64,000 nt of DNA from Trueperaceae bacterium (GTDB lineage Bacteria; Deinococcota; Deinococci; Deinococcales; Trueperaceae). Shown here piece after piece: positions 21,830-31,888 of this stretch; positions within the stretch are counted from its first letter, which is position 1, and every line of letters begins with the position of its first letter. The stretch is from assembly GCA_034521815.1 (NCBI GenBank), contig JAXHLW010000013.1, positions 1,280,001-1,344,000 of the forward strand. Direction: 5' to 3'. The notes below the pieces were generated by a model, which was not told the origin of the DNA, made no database searches, and was given only the letters and a program-made list of their open reading frames with translations. Position numbers and translations under genes: made by a program.

Positions 21830-22235
21830 CGAGGCCGCGACGCGTGCCTTCGCGGCCGACCTCGCACGCGAGCTGCCTCACGGAGCGCTCCTCCTCGTCG
21901 ACGGTCCCCTGGGCGCAGGCAAGACGACGCTCGTCGCCGCGCTCGTCTGGGCGCTGGGAGGTCCCGACCGGACCTCGAGCCCGACCTACACCCTGATCCA
22001 CGAGTACCCGACGCCGCATGGCGAGGTGATCCACGTCGACGCGTACCGCCTGGGGGATCCGACGGAGCTGGACGAGCTGGGCCTCGACGACTACCTGGAC
22101 CGTGCCCGACTCGTGGTCGTGGAGTGGGGCGGCCCGCTCGCTCGGACGCATCCCGAAGCGTGGCGCCTGGCGATGGACCGGACGGCCGGCGCCGCGACCG
22201 TTCGGACCGCGCGACTGGAGCCGCCCCGTGGCTAG
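21807..22235 (+). CDS. tsaE: tRNA threonylcarbamoyladenosine biosynthesis ATPase TsaE
   Basis: GPLGAGKTT, SSPTYTLIHEY, HVDAYRL, VVEWG. Confidence 0.95.
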   Translation: MTLTTLTDEAATRAFAADLARELPHGALLLVDGPLGAGKTTLVAALVWALGGPDRTSSPTYTLIHEYPTPHGEVIHVDAYRLGDPTELDELGLDDYLDRARLVVVEWGGPLARTHPEAWRLAMDRTAGAATVRTARLEPPRG

Positions 22236-22800
22236 CACGACGGCGTTCGCAGCCCGCCTCGGCCTGGACACGGCGGGACCGCACCTGGCGATGGCGCTCT
22301 GGAGCCCAGAGGAAGGGGTCCTCGCTCGTCGCGCTGCGCGGGTCGAGCGTGAGCACGCCGCGCGCATCGTCACCGAGCTCGACGGCCTGTTCGAGGAGGC
22401 CGCCGTGCGTCGAGGGGCGGTCGCCGCGATCACGGTCGGCGTCGGCCCGGGCTCGTACACCGGGCTCCGCGTCGGGCTGGCGGCCGGCCGTGCGATGGCG
22501 ACCGCGTGGAGCGTTCCGCTGGGCGGCGCGGACTCGCTCGCGAGCCTCGCATGGGGCGCCCTCGCTCCGGGCCAGACGGGCGTGGCCGTGATGGACGCGC
22601 GGCGCGGCAACGTGTACGCCGCCGTGTTCCGCCGTGAGGAGCACGGCCTGACCGAGATCGTGCCCGCCGCGAAACGACCCCGCGACGAGGTCGCCGCGGC
22701 GTGGCCCGCCGCGATCTGGATCGAGGACGTCGCCCCTGACGCGACCTGGGCGGCGATGCGTCCGACGGGCGAGCGACCGGCCGAGGCGGTGTACCTGTGA
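22228..22800 (+). CDS. tsaB: t6A biosynthesis protein TsaB
   Basis: LGLDTA, H, VGVGPGSYTGLRVG, MDARRGNVY. Confidence 0.93.
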   Translation: MASTTAFAARLGLDTAGPHLAMALWSPEEGVLARRAARVEREHAARIVTELDGLFEEAAVRRGAVAAITVGVGPGSYTGLRVGLAAGRAMATAWSVPLGGADSLASLAWGALAPGQTGVAVMDARRGNVYAAVFRREEHGLTEIVPAAKRPRDEVAAAWPAAIWIEDVAPDATWAAMRPTGERPAEAVYL

Positions 22801-22930
22801 CGCGGAACGGTATACTTCGCAGGATCCGTCGCGCCCGAGGCGGCCCGAGGCCGTTCTGGCGGCGACCGACACCGCGCGATCACGCGCCGCGCGACGAAGA
22901 TCCGTCCGGCGCCGAGGCAGGAGTGTAGGG

Positions 22931-23965
22931 ATGTTCAGACCGTGGCAAGAGATCGGCGTCGACCTGGGGACGGCTACCGTCCTCATCTACGTCAAGGGGC
23001 AGGGAATCATGCTCCGCGAACCGTCCGTGATCGCCATGGTGCGGGACACCGGCGAAGTGAAGGCGGTGGGCGACGAGGCGTACCGCATGCTCGGACGCAC
23101 GCCCGGCAACATCACCGCGGTCCGCCCGATGCGCGACGGCGTCATCGCCGACTACGACCTGACCGAGAAGATGCTCCAGGCGTTCGTGCGCAAGGTCGTC
23201 ACCGGACCGGGCCGGTTCTTCCGGCCGCACATCATGGTCTGCGTCCCGTCCGGCGTGACCGAGGTCGAGCGGCGGGCCGTCCTGCAAGCCACCCGTGAGG
23301 TCGGCGCCCGCAAGGCGTTCCTGATCGAGGAGCCGCTGGCCGCCGCCGTGGGCGCCGGCGTGGACATCGCCGAACCCACCGGGTCGATGATCGTCGACAT
23401 CGGCGGCGGCACCACCGACGTCGCCATCATCAGCCTGGGCGGCATCGTGGTGAGCGAGAGCCTGCGCATCGCCGGCAACGAGTTCGACGAGGCGATCATC
23501 CGCTACATCCGCCACAAGGAGAACCTGCTGATCGGCGACCGCACCGCCGAAGAGGTCAAGATGCGCGTCGGCGCCGCCATGCTGGCCGAGGGCGACCAGA
23601 GCGACGAGATCGAGGTCCGCGGCCGCGACCTGATCAACGGGCTTCCCAAGACGATCACCGTCCGCACCGAGGACACCGTCGAGGCGCTCGAGGAGCCGAT
23701 CCAGAAGATCGCCGACGGCGTGCGCCGCGTGCTGGAGCTGGCCCCCCCGGAGCTGGTCAGCGACGTGATCGATCGGGGCATCATCATGACGGGCGGAGGC
23801 TCGCTGCTGCGGAACTTCGACGAGCTGCTGCGCCGGACGACCGGCATTCCGGTCGTCGTCGCCGAGAACGCGACCGACTGCGTGGCGCTCGGCACCGGCA
23901 AGGCGCTCGACATGCTGCACGTCCTTCAGGACGCGCTGATCTCCGACAACTTCCTGCGGCGCTGA
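22931..23965 (+). CDS. mreB: Rod shape-determining protein MreB
   Basis: GVDLGTA, EPSVIA, RPMRDGVIAD, IEEPLAAAVG, DIGGGTTD, TGGGSLL; -10 TATACT at 22811-22816. Confidence 0.97.
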   Translation: MFRPWQEIGVDLGTATVLIYVKGQGIMLREPSVIAMVRDTGEVKAVGDEAYRMLGRTPGNITAVRPMRDGVIADYDLTEKMLQAFVRKVVTGPGRFFRPHIMVCVPSGVTEVERRAVLQATREVGARKAFLIEEPLAAAVGAGVDIAEPTGSMIVDIGGGTTDVAIISLGGIVVSESLRIAGNEFDEAIIRYIRHKENLLIGDRTAEEVKMRVGAAMLAEGDQSDEIEVRGRDLINGLPKTITVRTEDTVEALEEPIQKIADGVRRVLELAPPELVSDVIDRGIIMTGGGSLLRNFDELLRRTTGIPVVVAENATDCVALGTGKALDMLHVLQDALISDNFLRR

Positions 23966-23969
23966 GCGC

Positions 23970-25036
23970 ATGACCAGCACCCGACGCCTGGCGGCGACGA
24001 TCGGCGCCACGCTCGAAGGGGAGGAGCGCGAGGTCGCCTCGCTGCTGCCCCCGGCCGTATCGAGCCGGGCGGGATCGTCGTGCCGAGCGACGACGCGTCG
24101 CTCCGGGAGACCCTGAACGCGTCCGGCGCCGACCGGCTGGCCGCGATCGTGGTCGCGTCCGACGCGCACGTCGCCACGCCGCATCCTCCCCTGCTCCGTC
24201 ACCCCGATCCGCGGCTGGCGCTGGCCCGCATCAGCCGCGAGCTGGACCCCGAGCCGGCCCCGCCAGCGGGCGTCGCGTCCAGCGCCACCGTGGCCGACGA
24301 CGCGACGCTGGGCGCTGACGTGTCCGTCGGACCGGGCGCCGTCGTCGAATCGGGCGCCGAGCTGGCGGACGGCTGCGTCATCGGGGCGGGCGCCGTCGTC
24401 GGCCGAAACTGTCGGCTGGGGCCCGGCACTCGCCTCTTCGCGAGGGTGGTTCTCTACCCGGGTGTCCGGATCGGCGCTCGCGTTCGCATCCATGCCGGCG
24501 CGGTCGTCGGGGCGGACGGGTTCGGCTACGCACCCGGGCCGCACGGCGCCGAGAAGGTGCACCACCTGGGAGGCGTGACGATCGGCGACGACGTCGAGAT
24601 CGGCGCGAACGCCTGCATCGATCGCGGCACCCTGGGTGACACCGCCATCGGTAACGGCACGAAGCTGGACAACCTCTGTCAGGTCGGGCACAACGTGACG
24701 ATCGGCCGGCACTGCCTGATCGCCGGGCAGACCGCCATCGGCGGCTCCACCGTGATCGAGGACGGCGTCCTGATCGGCGGGTCGGCCGCCCTGTCCGACC
24801 ACGTTCGGGTGGGTGCCGGCGCGCGCATCGCGGGCCGAGCCGGCGTGTCGAAGAACGTCCCCGCAGGCCAGGCGTGGGGTGGGGCGCCGGCGGCGCCGAT
24901 GCGGGACTGGGCGCGCGAGCGGTACCTGGTCGGGCGCCTGGAGCGCATCTGGACGTTCGTGCGTGGCGCGCAGAGGGCCGAGGCCCAGACCGCGCAGGAG
25001 GCGTCGGAGACCCCGGTGGAAGGCCGCGGCGGGTGA
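23970..25036 (+). CDS. lpxD: UDP-3-O-acylglucosamine N-acyltransferase; 1-nt deletion in C-run 24048-24052
   Basis: Hexapeptide repeats; [33 protein letters not shown]. Confidence 0.88.
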
Positions 25037-25815
25037 GCTCCGCGCCGACCCTCGCCGGCCACGGCGTGCACAGCGGTACGCCGTGCACGGTGCGCCTGCA
25101 CCGCTACGACGGACCGGTCGTTCTCCGGCGGGCGGGCCGCACGATCGCCCCGCGGATCTCGGCGGTCGTCGGCGCCCGCGGCGCCACGATCCTGGGCGCC
25201 GACGGCGTGCGCGCGGCGATGGTCGAGCACCTCTTCGCCGCGCTCCAGATCCGCGACGTCTGGTCGGGCGTGCTGATCGAGGTCGACGCCGACGAGCTCC
25301 CGATCCTGGACGGCTCGGCCGCGCCCTGGTACGAGGCGCTGAACGCGCTCGCGCCGTTCCCCCCTCCGCCCGAGCCGTGGAGGGTCGACGCGGAGATCCG
25401 GCGAGAGGACGGCGCGTACGCCGGCGTGAAGCCTGGCCCGAGGGAGCTGGACGTCCAGATCGCGTTCGATCACCCGGCCGTCGGCACCCAGGCATGGCAG
25501 GGTGCTCAGGACGCCTGGCCCGAGCTGCTCGCAGCCCGCACGTTCGGCTTCGCGCGCGACGCCGCCACGCTGCGCGCCGCGGGCCTCGCGAGCGGCGCCA
25601 AGCCGGAGAATGCTATCGTCTTCGGCGACGATGCGCCGCTCGAGCCGCTACGCTTCCCCGACGAGCCGGTCCGGCACAAGGCGCTGGACGCACTCGGCGA
25701 TCTCTACCTTCTCGGGCGCCCCTTCGCGGGGCGCCTTCGTGTGCGCCGCGGCGGGCACGATCTGCATCACCGTCTCGTGACCCGCATCGTGTCGTCCGCG
25801 GGGAGCGCCGGGTGA
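25033..25815 (+). CDS. lpxC: UDP-3-O-acyl-GlcNAc deacetylase
   Basis: [52 protein letters not shown]. Confidence 0.92.
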   Translation: MSSAPTLAGHGVHSGTPCTVRLHRYDGPVVLRRAGRTIAPRISAVVGARGATILGADGVRAAMVEHLFAALQIRDVWSGVLIEVDADELPILDGSAAPWYEALNALAPFPPPPEPWRVDAEIRREDGAYAGVKPGPRELDVQIAFDHPAVGTQAWQGAQDAWPELLAARTFGFARDAATLRAAGLASGAKPENAIVFGDDAPLEPLRFPDEPVRHKALDALGDLYLLGRPFAGRLRVRRGGHDLHHRLVTRIVSSAGSAG

Positions 25816-26807
25816 GGCCACGCGAAGCGGTTCGGGTCGCGGTCGTCGGCGCCGGCGTGATGGGCCGGCACCACGCCCACAACTACCTGTCGCTGCCCGG
25901 CGCGGAGCTCGTCGCGATCGTCGATCCCGATCCCGCCGCCCGTGCCGTCGCGCAGCGGACCTACGGCTGCGCGACGTATCCGGACGTGGACGCCCTGCTG
26001 CGCGCGGAGCGGATCGAGGCCGCCAGCGTGGTGGCTCCCACCAGCCTGCACCACCGCCTGACGATGCGGCTGATGGACGCCGGGGTGCACGTCCTGGTCG
26101 AGAAGCCGGTCGCGACCACCGTGGCCGAGGCGGCGGCCCTCGCGAACCGCTCCCGCGAGCTGGGCCTCGTCCTTCAGGTGGGCCACATCACCCGGTTCTT
26201 CCGTGCGGTGCGCCTTCTCGGCGAGCGGGTGCGGCAGCCGTACCTGATCGAGGCGCGGCGCCTGTCGCCGCAAGCACGGATCAAGGACGTCGGCGTGATC
26301 CTGGACCTGATGATCCACGACATCGACATCGTGCTCGGCCTGGTGCCGTCCGCGATCGCCGACGTGGCCGTCGCGGGCCACGTCGTGGACGACGACGACG
26401 CCTTCGAGGACGTGGCGGCCGCTCAGCTCACCTTCGAGAACGGCTGCATCGCGCGGTTCCTGGCGTCGCGCGTCGCGCCCGACGCCGAACGAAGCCTGGT
26501 GGTGGCCGAGCGCGACCGCACCTACCGCGTCGACTTCCTGCGCGAGCCGCACACCGAGATCGCGGTGTACCAGTCGCGACGCGACGCGCAGGGCGACACG
26601 CACGTGCGAACCGACCGGCAGGTGGTGGCCGAGGACAACCCGCTCCGCGAGGAGCTGGCGCACTTCCTGGCTCGGATCGCTTCGGGAGCGCGGCCGATCG
26701 GAACGCTGGACGACGATCTCCGCTCGCTTCGGGTCGCGACCGACCTGCTGGCCCGGCTGCGACCCGCCGCGGCGCCCGGGCCGATGGCGGGGGCTCGGGT
26801 ACACTGA
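25812..26807 (+). CDS. Gfo/Idh/MocA oxidoreductase, GnnA-like (candidate UDP-GlcNAc 3-dehydrogenase)
   Basis: VVGAGVMGRHH, HVLVEKP, QVGH, DVGVILDLMIHDIDI; sits inside the lpx cluster. Confidence 0.8.
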   Translation: MRPREAVRVAVVGAGVMGRHHAHNYLSLPGAELVAIVDPDPAARAVAQRTYGCATYPDVDALLRAERIEAASVVAPTSLHHRLTMRLMDAGVHVLVEKPVATTVAEAAALANRSRELGLVLQVGHITRFFRAVRLLGERVRQPYLIEARRLSPQARIKDVGVILDLMIHDIDIVLGLVPSAIADVAVAGHVVDDDDAFEDVAAAQLTFENGCIARFLASRVAPDAERSLVVAERDRTYRVDFLREPHTEIAVYQSRRDAQGDTHVRTDRQVVAEDNPLREELAHFLARIASGARPIGTLDDDLRSLRVATDLLARLRPAAAPGPMAGARVH

Positions 26808-26812
26808 CCGGC

Positions 26813-27232
26813 ATGGACGTCGACATTCGGGACGTGCTCCCGCATCGCTACCCGTTCCTGCTCGTGGACCGCCTGGTCTCGCAGGAGGGCGACCGGTTCG
26901 TCTGCGTCAAGAACGTCACGTTCAACGAGCCGTACTTCGTGGGCCACTTCCCGGGCGAGCCGGTGATGCCGGGCGTGCTGATCGTCGAGGCGCTCGCGCA
27001 GGCCGCCGCGGTCGGCCTGGCGGTCCGCGAAGGCGTCACGAGCGGCGCGATCGGCTACCTTGCCGGCATCGACGGCGCACGCTTCCGCCGCAAGGTGGTT
27101 CCGGGCGACGTGCTTTCGCTGGAGGGCGAGATCCTGATGTTCCGCAGGCGCCTCTGCAAGGTCGCCGCACAAGCCCTCGTGGACGGCGAGGTCGCCGCCG
27201 AGGCGACCCTCTCCTTCGTGTTCCAGGACTGA
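26813..27232 (+). CDS. fabZ: 3-hydroxyacyl-ACP dehydratase
   Basis: [41 protein letters not shown]. Confidence 0.96.
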   Translation: MDVDIRDVLPHRYPFLLVDRLVSQEGDRFVCVKNVTFNEPYFVGHFPGEPVMPGVLIVEALAQAAAVGLAVREGVTSGAIGYLAGIDGARFRRKVVPGDVLSLEGEILMFRRRLCKVAAQALVDGEVAAEATLSFVFQD

Positions 27233-27235
27233 GCC

Positions 27236-28006
27236 GTGGCGCAGGTCCACGCGAGCGCCGTCGTGGATCGCTCGGCCCGCCTGGCCGCCGACGTGCAGGT
27301 CGGACCGCACGCCGTGATCGAAGCGGACGTCGTGGTAGGCCCCGGCACCGTCCTCCTGCCCGGGACGGTGCTGTCGTCCGGAAGCCGCGTGGGGGCACGC
27401 TGCCGGTTGGGTCCGTACGCGACGGTCGGCGGCCTGCCGATGGACCGCGACTTCGCAGGCGAGGTCAGCTTCGCCGTGCTGGAGGACGAGGTCGAGCTGC
27501 GCGACTTCTCGAGCGTGCACCGCGCCACGGGCGCGGGGGCGGAGACGAGAATCGGCGCCGGCTCGCTGGTGATGAGCTACGCGCACGTGACGCACAACGT
27601 GCAGGTGGGTCGCGGTGCGGTGCTGACGAACCTGGTGCAGCTCGGTGGCCACGTTCGTGTCGGCGATCGCGCGGTGCTCGGGGCGGGAACCATGGTGCAC
27701 CAGTTCGCCCAGGTCGGCGCCTACGCCATGGTGGGCGGCATGAGCGGCGTGAACCGCGACGTCCTTCCGTACGCCCTGGCACGCGGGAACTTCGCCGAGC
27801 ACTACCGCGTGAACGCGGTCGGCCTTCGTCGCAACGGCATCGAGGGCGAGCGCTACCACGCCATCGAACAGGCGCTTCGCGCGCTTCGTCGCGGCGACGA
27901 CGAGCGGTTCGTCCAGCTCGCCGCCGACTGGCCGGAGGTCGACCTCATGCGGACCTTCCGCGACGCCAGCCGCCGCGGCCTGGCCCGGTTCCGGGGCGGG
28001 TCGTGA
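27236..28006 (+). CDS. lpxA: Acyl-ACP--UDP-GlcNAc(3N) acyltransferase
   Basis: Hexapeptide repeats; HRAT, YAHVTHN, LGGHV, VHQF, DVLPY, NAVGLRR. Confidence 0.9.
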   Translation: MAQVHASAVVDRSARLAADVQVGPHAVIEADVVVGPGTVLLPGTVLSSGSRVGARCRLGPYATVGGLPMDRDFAGEVSFAVLEDEVELRDFSSVHRATGAGAETRIGAGSLVMSYAHVTHNVQVGRGAVLTNLVQLGGHVRVGDRAVLGAGTMVHQFAQVGAYAMVGGMSGVNRDVLPYALARGNFAEHYRVNAVGLRRNGIEGERYHAIEQALRALRRGDDERFVQLAADWPEVDLMRTFRDASRRGLARFRGGS

Positions 28007-29259
28007 CGATCCCCGCCCGCGACGAAGGCGGCGACCGCGGCGACCGCGGCGACCGCGAGATCGTGCTGGTCAGCAACGGCCCGGGCGAGCTGCATACCTG
28101 GCTGCGACCGGTGCTGGACGCCTTGCGAGCCGCGGACCCGACCGTTCCGGTCCGCATCGCGCTCGTCCCGTGCCAGTTCGCTTCGGGCCGCGAGGACCAG
28201 ATCGCCGCGACGTTCGGCGCGGAGCTGGTGACCACCCCCGCCCAGTACCTGAGGACGGTTCCGGCCGGACGCGCGCCGGCCGGCCTGGGCGCGACGAACG
28301 GACTGGTGCTGCAGCTCGGCGGCGGCGTGGGGCTCGCGGCGTCGCTCGCGGCGCGCCTGGGGCATCCGCTGCACCGCTACGCGTTCACGGCGGGCGGTCA
28401 CCGCGCCCTGGAGCGGCTCTACCTGCCCGACGAACGGACCGCCATCCGAGCGCGACGGGCGGGCACGCCGGCCGCCCGCATCGAGGTGGTGGGGAACCTC
28501 GTGGCGGACGCCGTGCGTGCGCACGCGCCGATCGACGACGCGGGCTCGCCGCACGTGTTGCTGATCCCTGGGAGTCGCGACGACTTCGCCAGGCCGCTGA
28601 TCCCCCTGATGCTGGCCGTGGCCGACCTTCTGGCGGTCCGTCACCCGTCGGCTCGCTTCGTGTGGCCGGTCAGCGGAATGCTGAGCGCGTCCACGCTTCG
28701 AGACGGCATCGCCGGCGTCGAGGCGGACGTCTTGGGCGGCGTCGGCGGCCGCCGCGAGGGCGACCGCGTCGTCACGCCCGGCGGCGCGGTGGTCGAGATG
28801 ATCTCGGAGGACGCTCGCCACGCCCACATGCGTGCCGCCGATCTGGCGATCACGATTCCCGGCACGAACACGCTGGAGCTCGGCATCGCCGGACTTCCCG
28901 CCCTGGTGGTGCTGCCCATGAACGCGCCGGAGCGGATTCCGCTCGAGGGCATCGGGCACTGGCTGGGGCTCGTGCCGCTGGTGGGACCGACGTTGAAACG
29001 GTGGGCGGTCCGCGCATTCGTGGAGGGTCTCGACCAACCGGTCTCGCTTCCGAACCGCATCGCAGGGGAGCCGCTCTTCGACGAGATGGCCGGCATCGTC
29101 GACGCGAACGCCGTGGCGGACCGGGCCGACGCGCTGCTCCTCGATCCTACCGACCTGGCACGCCGTAGGGCACGCCTGGCCGCCACGATGCCGGCGCCGG
29201 GCGCCGCTGCGCGGCTGGCGGATCGGCTGCTGGCGAGGCTCGAGGAAGGGCGGTCGTGA
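28003..29259 (+). CDS. lpxB: Lipid-A-disaccharide synthase-like GT-B glycosyltransferase
   Basis: SNGPGE, VVGN, LIPGSR, ADLAITIPGTNTLELG, SLPN.IAG; follows lpxA. Confidence 0.78.
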   Translation: MTIPARDEGGDRGDRGDREIVLVSNGPGELHTWLRPVLDALRAADPTVPVRIALVPCQFASGREDQIAATFGAELVTTPAQYLRTVPAGRAPAGLGATNGLVLQLGGGVGLAASLAARLGHPLHRYAFTAGGHRALERLYLPDERTAIRARRAGTPAARIEVVGNLVADAVRAHAPIDDAGSPHVLLIPGSRDDFARPLIPLMLAVADLLAVRHPSARFVWPVSGMLSASTLRDGIAGVEADVLGGVGGRREGDRVVTPGGAVVEMISEDARHAHMRAADLAITIPGTNTLELGIAGLPALVVLPMNAPERIPLEGIGHWLGLVPLVGPTLKRWAVRAFVEGLDQPVSLPNRIAGEPLFDEMAGIVDANAVADRADALLLDPTDLARRRARLAATMPAPGAAARLADRLLARLEEGRS

Positions 29260-31016
29260 CCGGCGGTCGCGAGCCGCTCAGGCGCTTCCTGCTTCCGTTC
29301 GGCCGGGTCGGCTGGGCGGGGGTCGGGGCCGCGATCGTGTCGGCCGGGCTCCGGGTCGCCGTGGTTCCACTCTTCGTGGGGCCGGTGTTCGATGGCGTCG
29401 TCGCGCAAGGTCGCCTGGACGCTCTCCCAGGCGTGTTGGCCACCACGGGCGCGGCGGTGGCGGCGATGTCGGTCGCCCTCCTGGCGCAGGACGCCTGGCT
29501 GGCGCGGGCGGGCGCGAGCCTGGCCGCGAGCTGGCGCACGCGGCTCTACGACGGACTGTTGAAGCGCGAGCCGGGCCAGCTGCCGGGAACGTCCGGCGGA
29601 CTGGCCGGCCGGATCGTCACCGACCTTCGCGAGGTCGAGACGTACCACCAGTACGGCATCGGCACCCTGGCGGCGGAGAGCGCGGCGATCGTCGGCATTC
29701 TGGGCGTGCTGCTGTGGCGCGCCCCCTTGCCGACGTTGGCGCTCATGGCGCTGGGAGTTCCCAGCGCCCTGCTGCTGGGTGCGCTGGGTCGTCGCCTCCG
29801 CGGGCAGGCGGATCGTGCGCAGGCCGGCAGCGAGGCCGTGGTGGCCCACCTGCAGGAGGGGCTGCGTCAACACGCGGTGGTCCGCGCGTTCGACGCCGAG
29901 CCGTTCATGCTGCGGAGGTTCGCCAGCGCGAACGAGGCCACCCGGCGTGCAGCGTCTCGCCGCGGGCTGTTGTCCGCGCTGCAGGTTCCCGCCACGCAGA
30001 TCGCCGTGTTCGCGGCGCTGGCGGGACTCGTCGCGCTGCTCGCCGGTCGCGCCGCGGCCGGCTCCATGTCGGTGGGCGGCGTGCTCGAGTACCTGACGCT
30101 GGTGGCCCTGCTCGCGACGCCGGCGCAGCTGCTTCCGCGAGGCTACGCGCTGGCGCGCCAGGCCGAGGCGGCGGGGCGCCGGCTGGTCGCCTTGGCGGAT
30201 CGGGTGCCGGGCGACGACGCACCGGACCGCCCAGCGCTGGGCGACGACGCGCCGGGCCTGGACGCGCCGGATCCCGACACGCCGGGCCTGGACGCACCGG
30301 ACCGCCAAGCACCGGGCGACATGGGAGGCGACGAGAGCTTGGTGCTCGACGACGTCTGGGCGCGGCATCAGGATGGCCCGTGGATCCTTCGCGGCGCGTC
30401 CGCGCGACTCCCGGCACGCGGCCTGGTCGCCCTGGTCGGCGACAGCGGCGCCGGCAAGAGCACGCTGCTCGCGGTGCTTCTCGGCTTCATGCCCGCCGCT
30501 CGCGGCTCGCTGGAGCTGGCGGGCGTGCCGCTCCGCTCTCGACCCGACGCGATCGGCTGGGTGCCGCAATCGCTGGATCTGATGCGCGGCAGCGTACGCG
30601 ACAACCTGACGCTGGGCCGATCGGCGTCGGACGACGAGATCTGGACCGCCCTGCGTGCGGTCGCGTTGGACCAGGCCGTGAACGACCTTCCTGCCGGCCT
30701 CGATCACCCGCTGACCGAGGACGGCGCGGGCCTTTCCGGAGGCCAGCGACAGCGGCTCGCGATCGCGCGCGCCCTCCTTCGCCGCCCGGCGGCTCTGCTG
30801 CTCGACGAGCCCACCGCCAACCTGGACGGCGCGTCCGAGGAGGCGCTGGTGCGCACGCTGCGTCGCGAGGCACGCCACCGCCTGGTGCTCGCCGTGGCCC
30901 ATCGCACCGCCCTGGCCGACGCCGCCGACCTGGTCCTGCGCCTGCACGACGGGCGGCTGGACCGTGTCCAGGCCGCCACCGCGGACGATGCGACGAACGC
31001 TGGGAGAGCGACGTGA
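29256..31016 (+). CDS. MsbA-like ABC exporter (TMD+NBD)
   Basis: N-terminal TMs; GDSGAGKST, LSGGQRQRLAIARA, LLDEPTANLD, AHR; follows lpxB. Confidence 0.85.
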   Translation: MTGGREPLRRFLLPFGRVGWAGVGAAIVSAGLRVAVVPLFVGPVFDGVVAQGRLDALPGVLATTGAAVAAMSVALLAQDAWLARAGASLAASWRTRLYDGLLKREPGQLPGTSGGLAGRIVTDLREVETYHQYGIGTLAAESAAIVGILGVLLWRAPLPTLALMALGVPSALLLGALGRRLRGQADRAQAGSEAVVAHLQEGLRQHAVVRAFDAEPFMLRRFASANEATRRAASRRGLLSALQVPATQIAVFAALAGLVALLAGRAAAGSMSVGGVLEYLTLVALLATPAQLLPRGYALARQAEAAGRRLVALADRVPGDDAPDRPALGDDAPGLDAPDPDTPGLDAPDRQAPGDMGGDESLVLDDVWARHQDGPWILRGASARLPARGLVALVGDSGAGKSTLLAVLLGFMPAARGSLELAGVPLRSRPDAIGWVPQSLDLMRGSVRDNLTLGRSASDDEIWTALRAVALDQAVNDLPAGLDHPLTEDGAGLSGGQRQRLAIARALLRRPAALLLDEPTANLDGASEEALVRTLRREARHRLVLAVAHRTALADAADLVLRLHDGRLDRVQAATADDATNAGRAT

Positions 31017-31046
31017 CCGGGAAAGCCACGTGACCGGGAGACGGAT

Positions 31047-31814
31047 GTGAACGAGAACGACCTGTACGACGACGCCGAGCTGTACGACGACGCCGAGCTG
31101 TACGACGCCCAGTACCGCTGGTACCGCGACGACCTGGCGTTCTACCGCGATCTCGCCCTCGATCGTCCCGGCGCCGTGCTCGAGATCGGTGCCGGTACCG
31201 GCCGCGTCACCGTCGAGCTCGCCAGGCTCGCCGAACGGGTCGTGGCGTTGGAGCCGTCGGAAGCGATGCGAGCGGCGGCAGCGGCTCGCCTGGACGAGGC
31301 CGGCGTAGCGGGGCGCGTCGAGCTACGCGACCAGGACGCTCGCGAGCTGGCCGAGGACGGCGGGTTCGCTCTGGTGGTGGCGCCGTTCCACGTGCTCATG
31401 CACTTCGTGACGCTCGACGACCAGGACGCGGTGCTGCGCGGCGCTCGGTCGGCGCTGGACCCCGGCGGCGCGTTCGCCTGCGACCTGTTCGTGCCCCGCT
31501 TCGGACCCGACGACGTGCTGCGCCGGGAGACGACCTGGCGCGACGCGGCCGGTCGCGACGCGGAGCTGTGGACCGTCCAGCACCACCACGCGGCGCAGCA
31601 ACGGATCGAGAGCCTGTACCTCGTGGACCGGGTCGGCTCGGACGGCATCGTTCGGCGGAGCCGGCGCACCTTGGTCCAGCGCTACTTCCATCGCTACGAG
31701 CTCGAGCGGGCCGTGCGCAGCGCAGGCTTCCCGGACGTGCGTCTCTTCGGCGATTTCGACCGACGGCCGCTGGACGACGACGCGGCCCGCTACGTGGTGC
31801 TCGCGACGATCTGA
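31047..31814 (+). CDS. Class I SAM-dependent methyltransferase
   Basis: [22 protein letters not shown]; 18-bp tandem duplication at 31062-31107 (LYDDAE x2). Confidence 0.88.
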   Translation: MNENDLYDDAELYDDAELYDAQYRWYRDDLAFYRDLALDRPGAVLEIGAGTGRVTVELARLAERVVALEPSEAMRAAAAARLDEAGVAGRVELRDQDARELAEDGGFALVVAPFHVLMHFVTLDDQDAVLRGARSALDPGGAFACDLFVPRFGPDDVLRRETTWRDAAGRDAELWTVQHHHAAQQRIESLYLVDRVGSDGIVRRSRRTLVQRYFHRYELERAVRSAGFPDVRLFGDFDRRPLDDDAARYVVLATI

Positions 31815-31888
31815 CCTGCCCTTCCTCGCGCGACCCGACCCGCGACCTGCACGGCGAAGGCGCGCATCAGCGGCGTATCGGGCACGCA

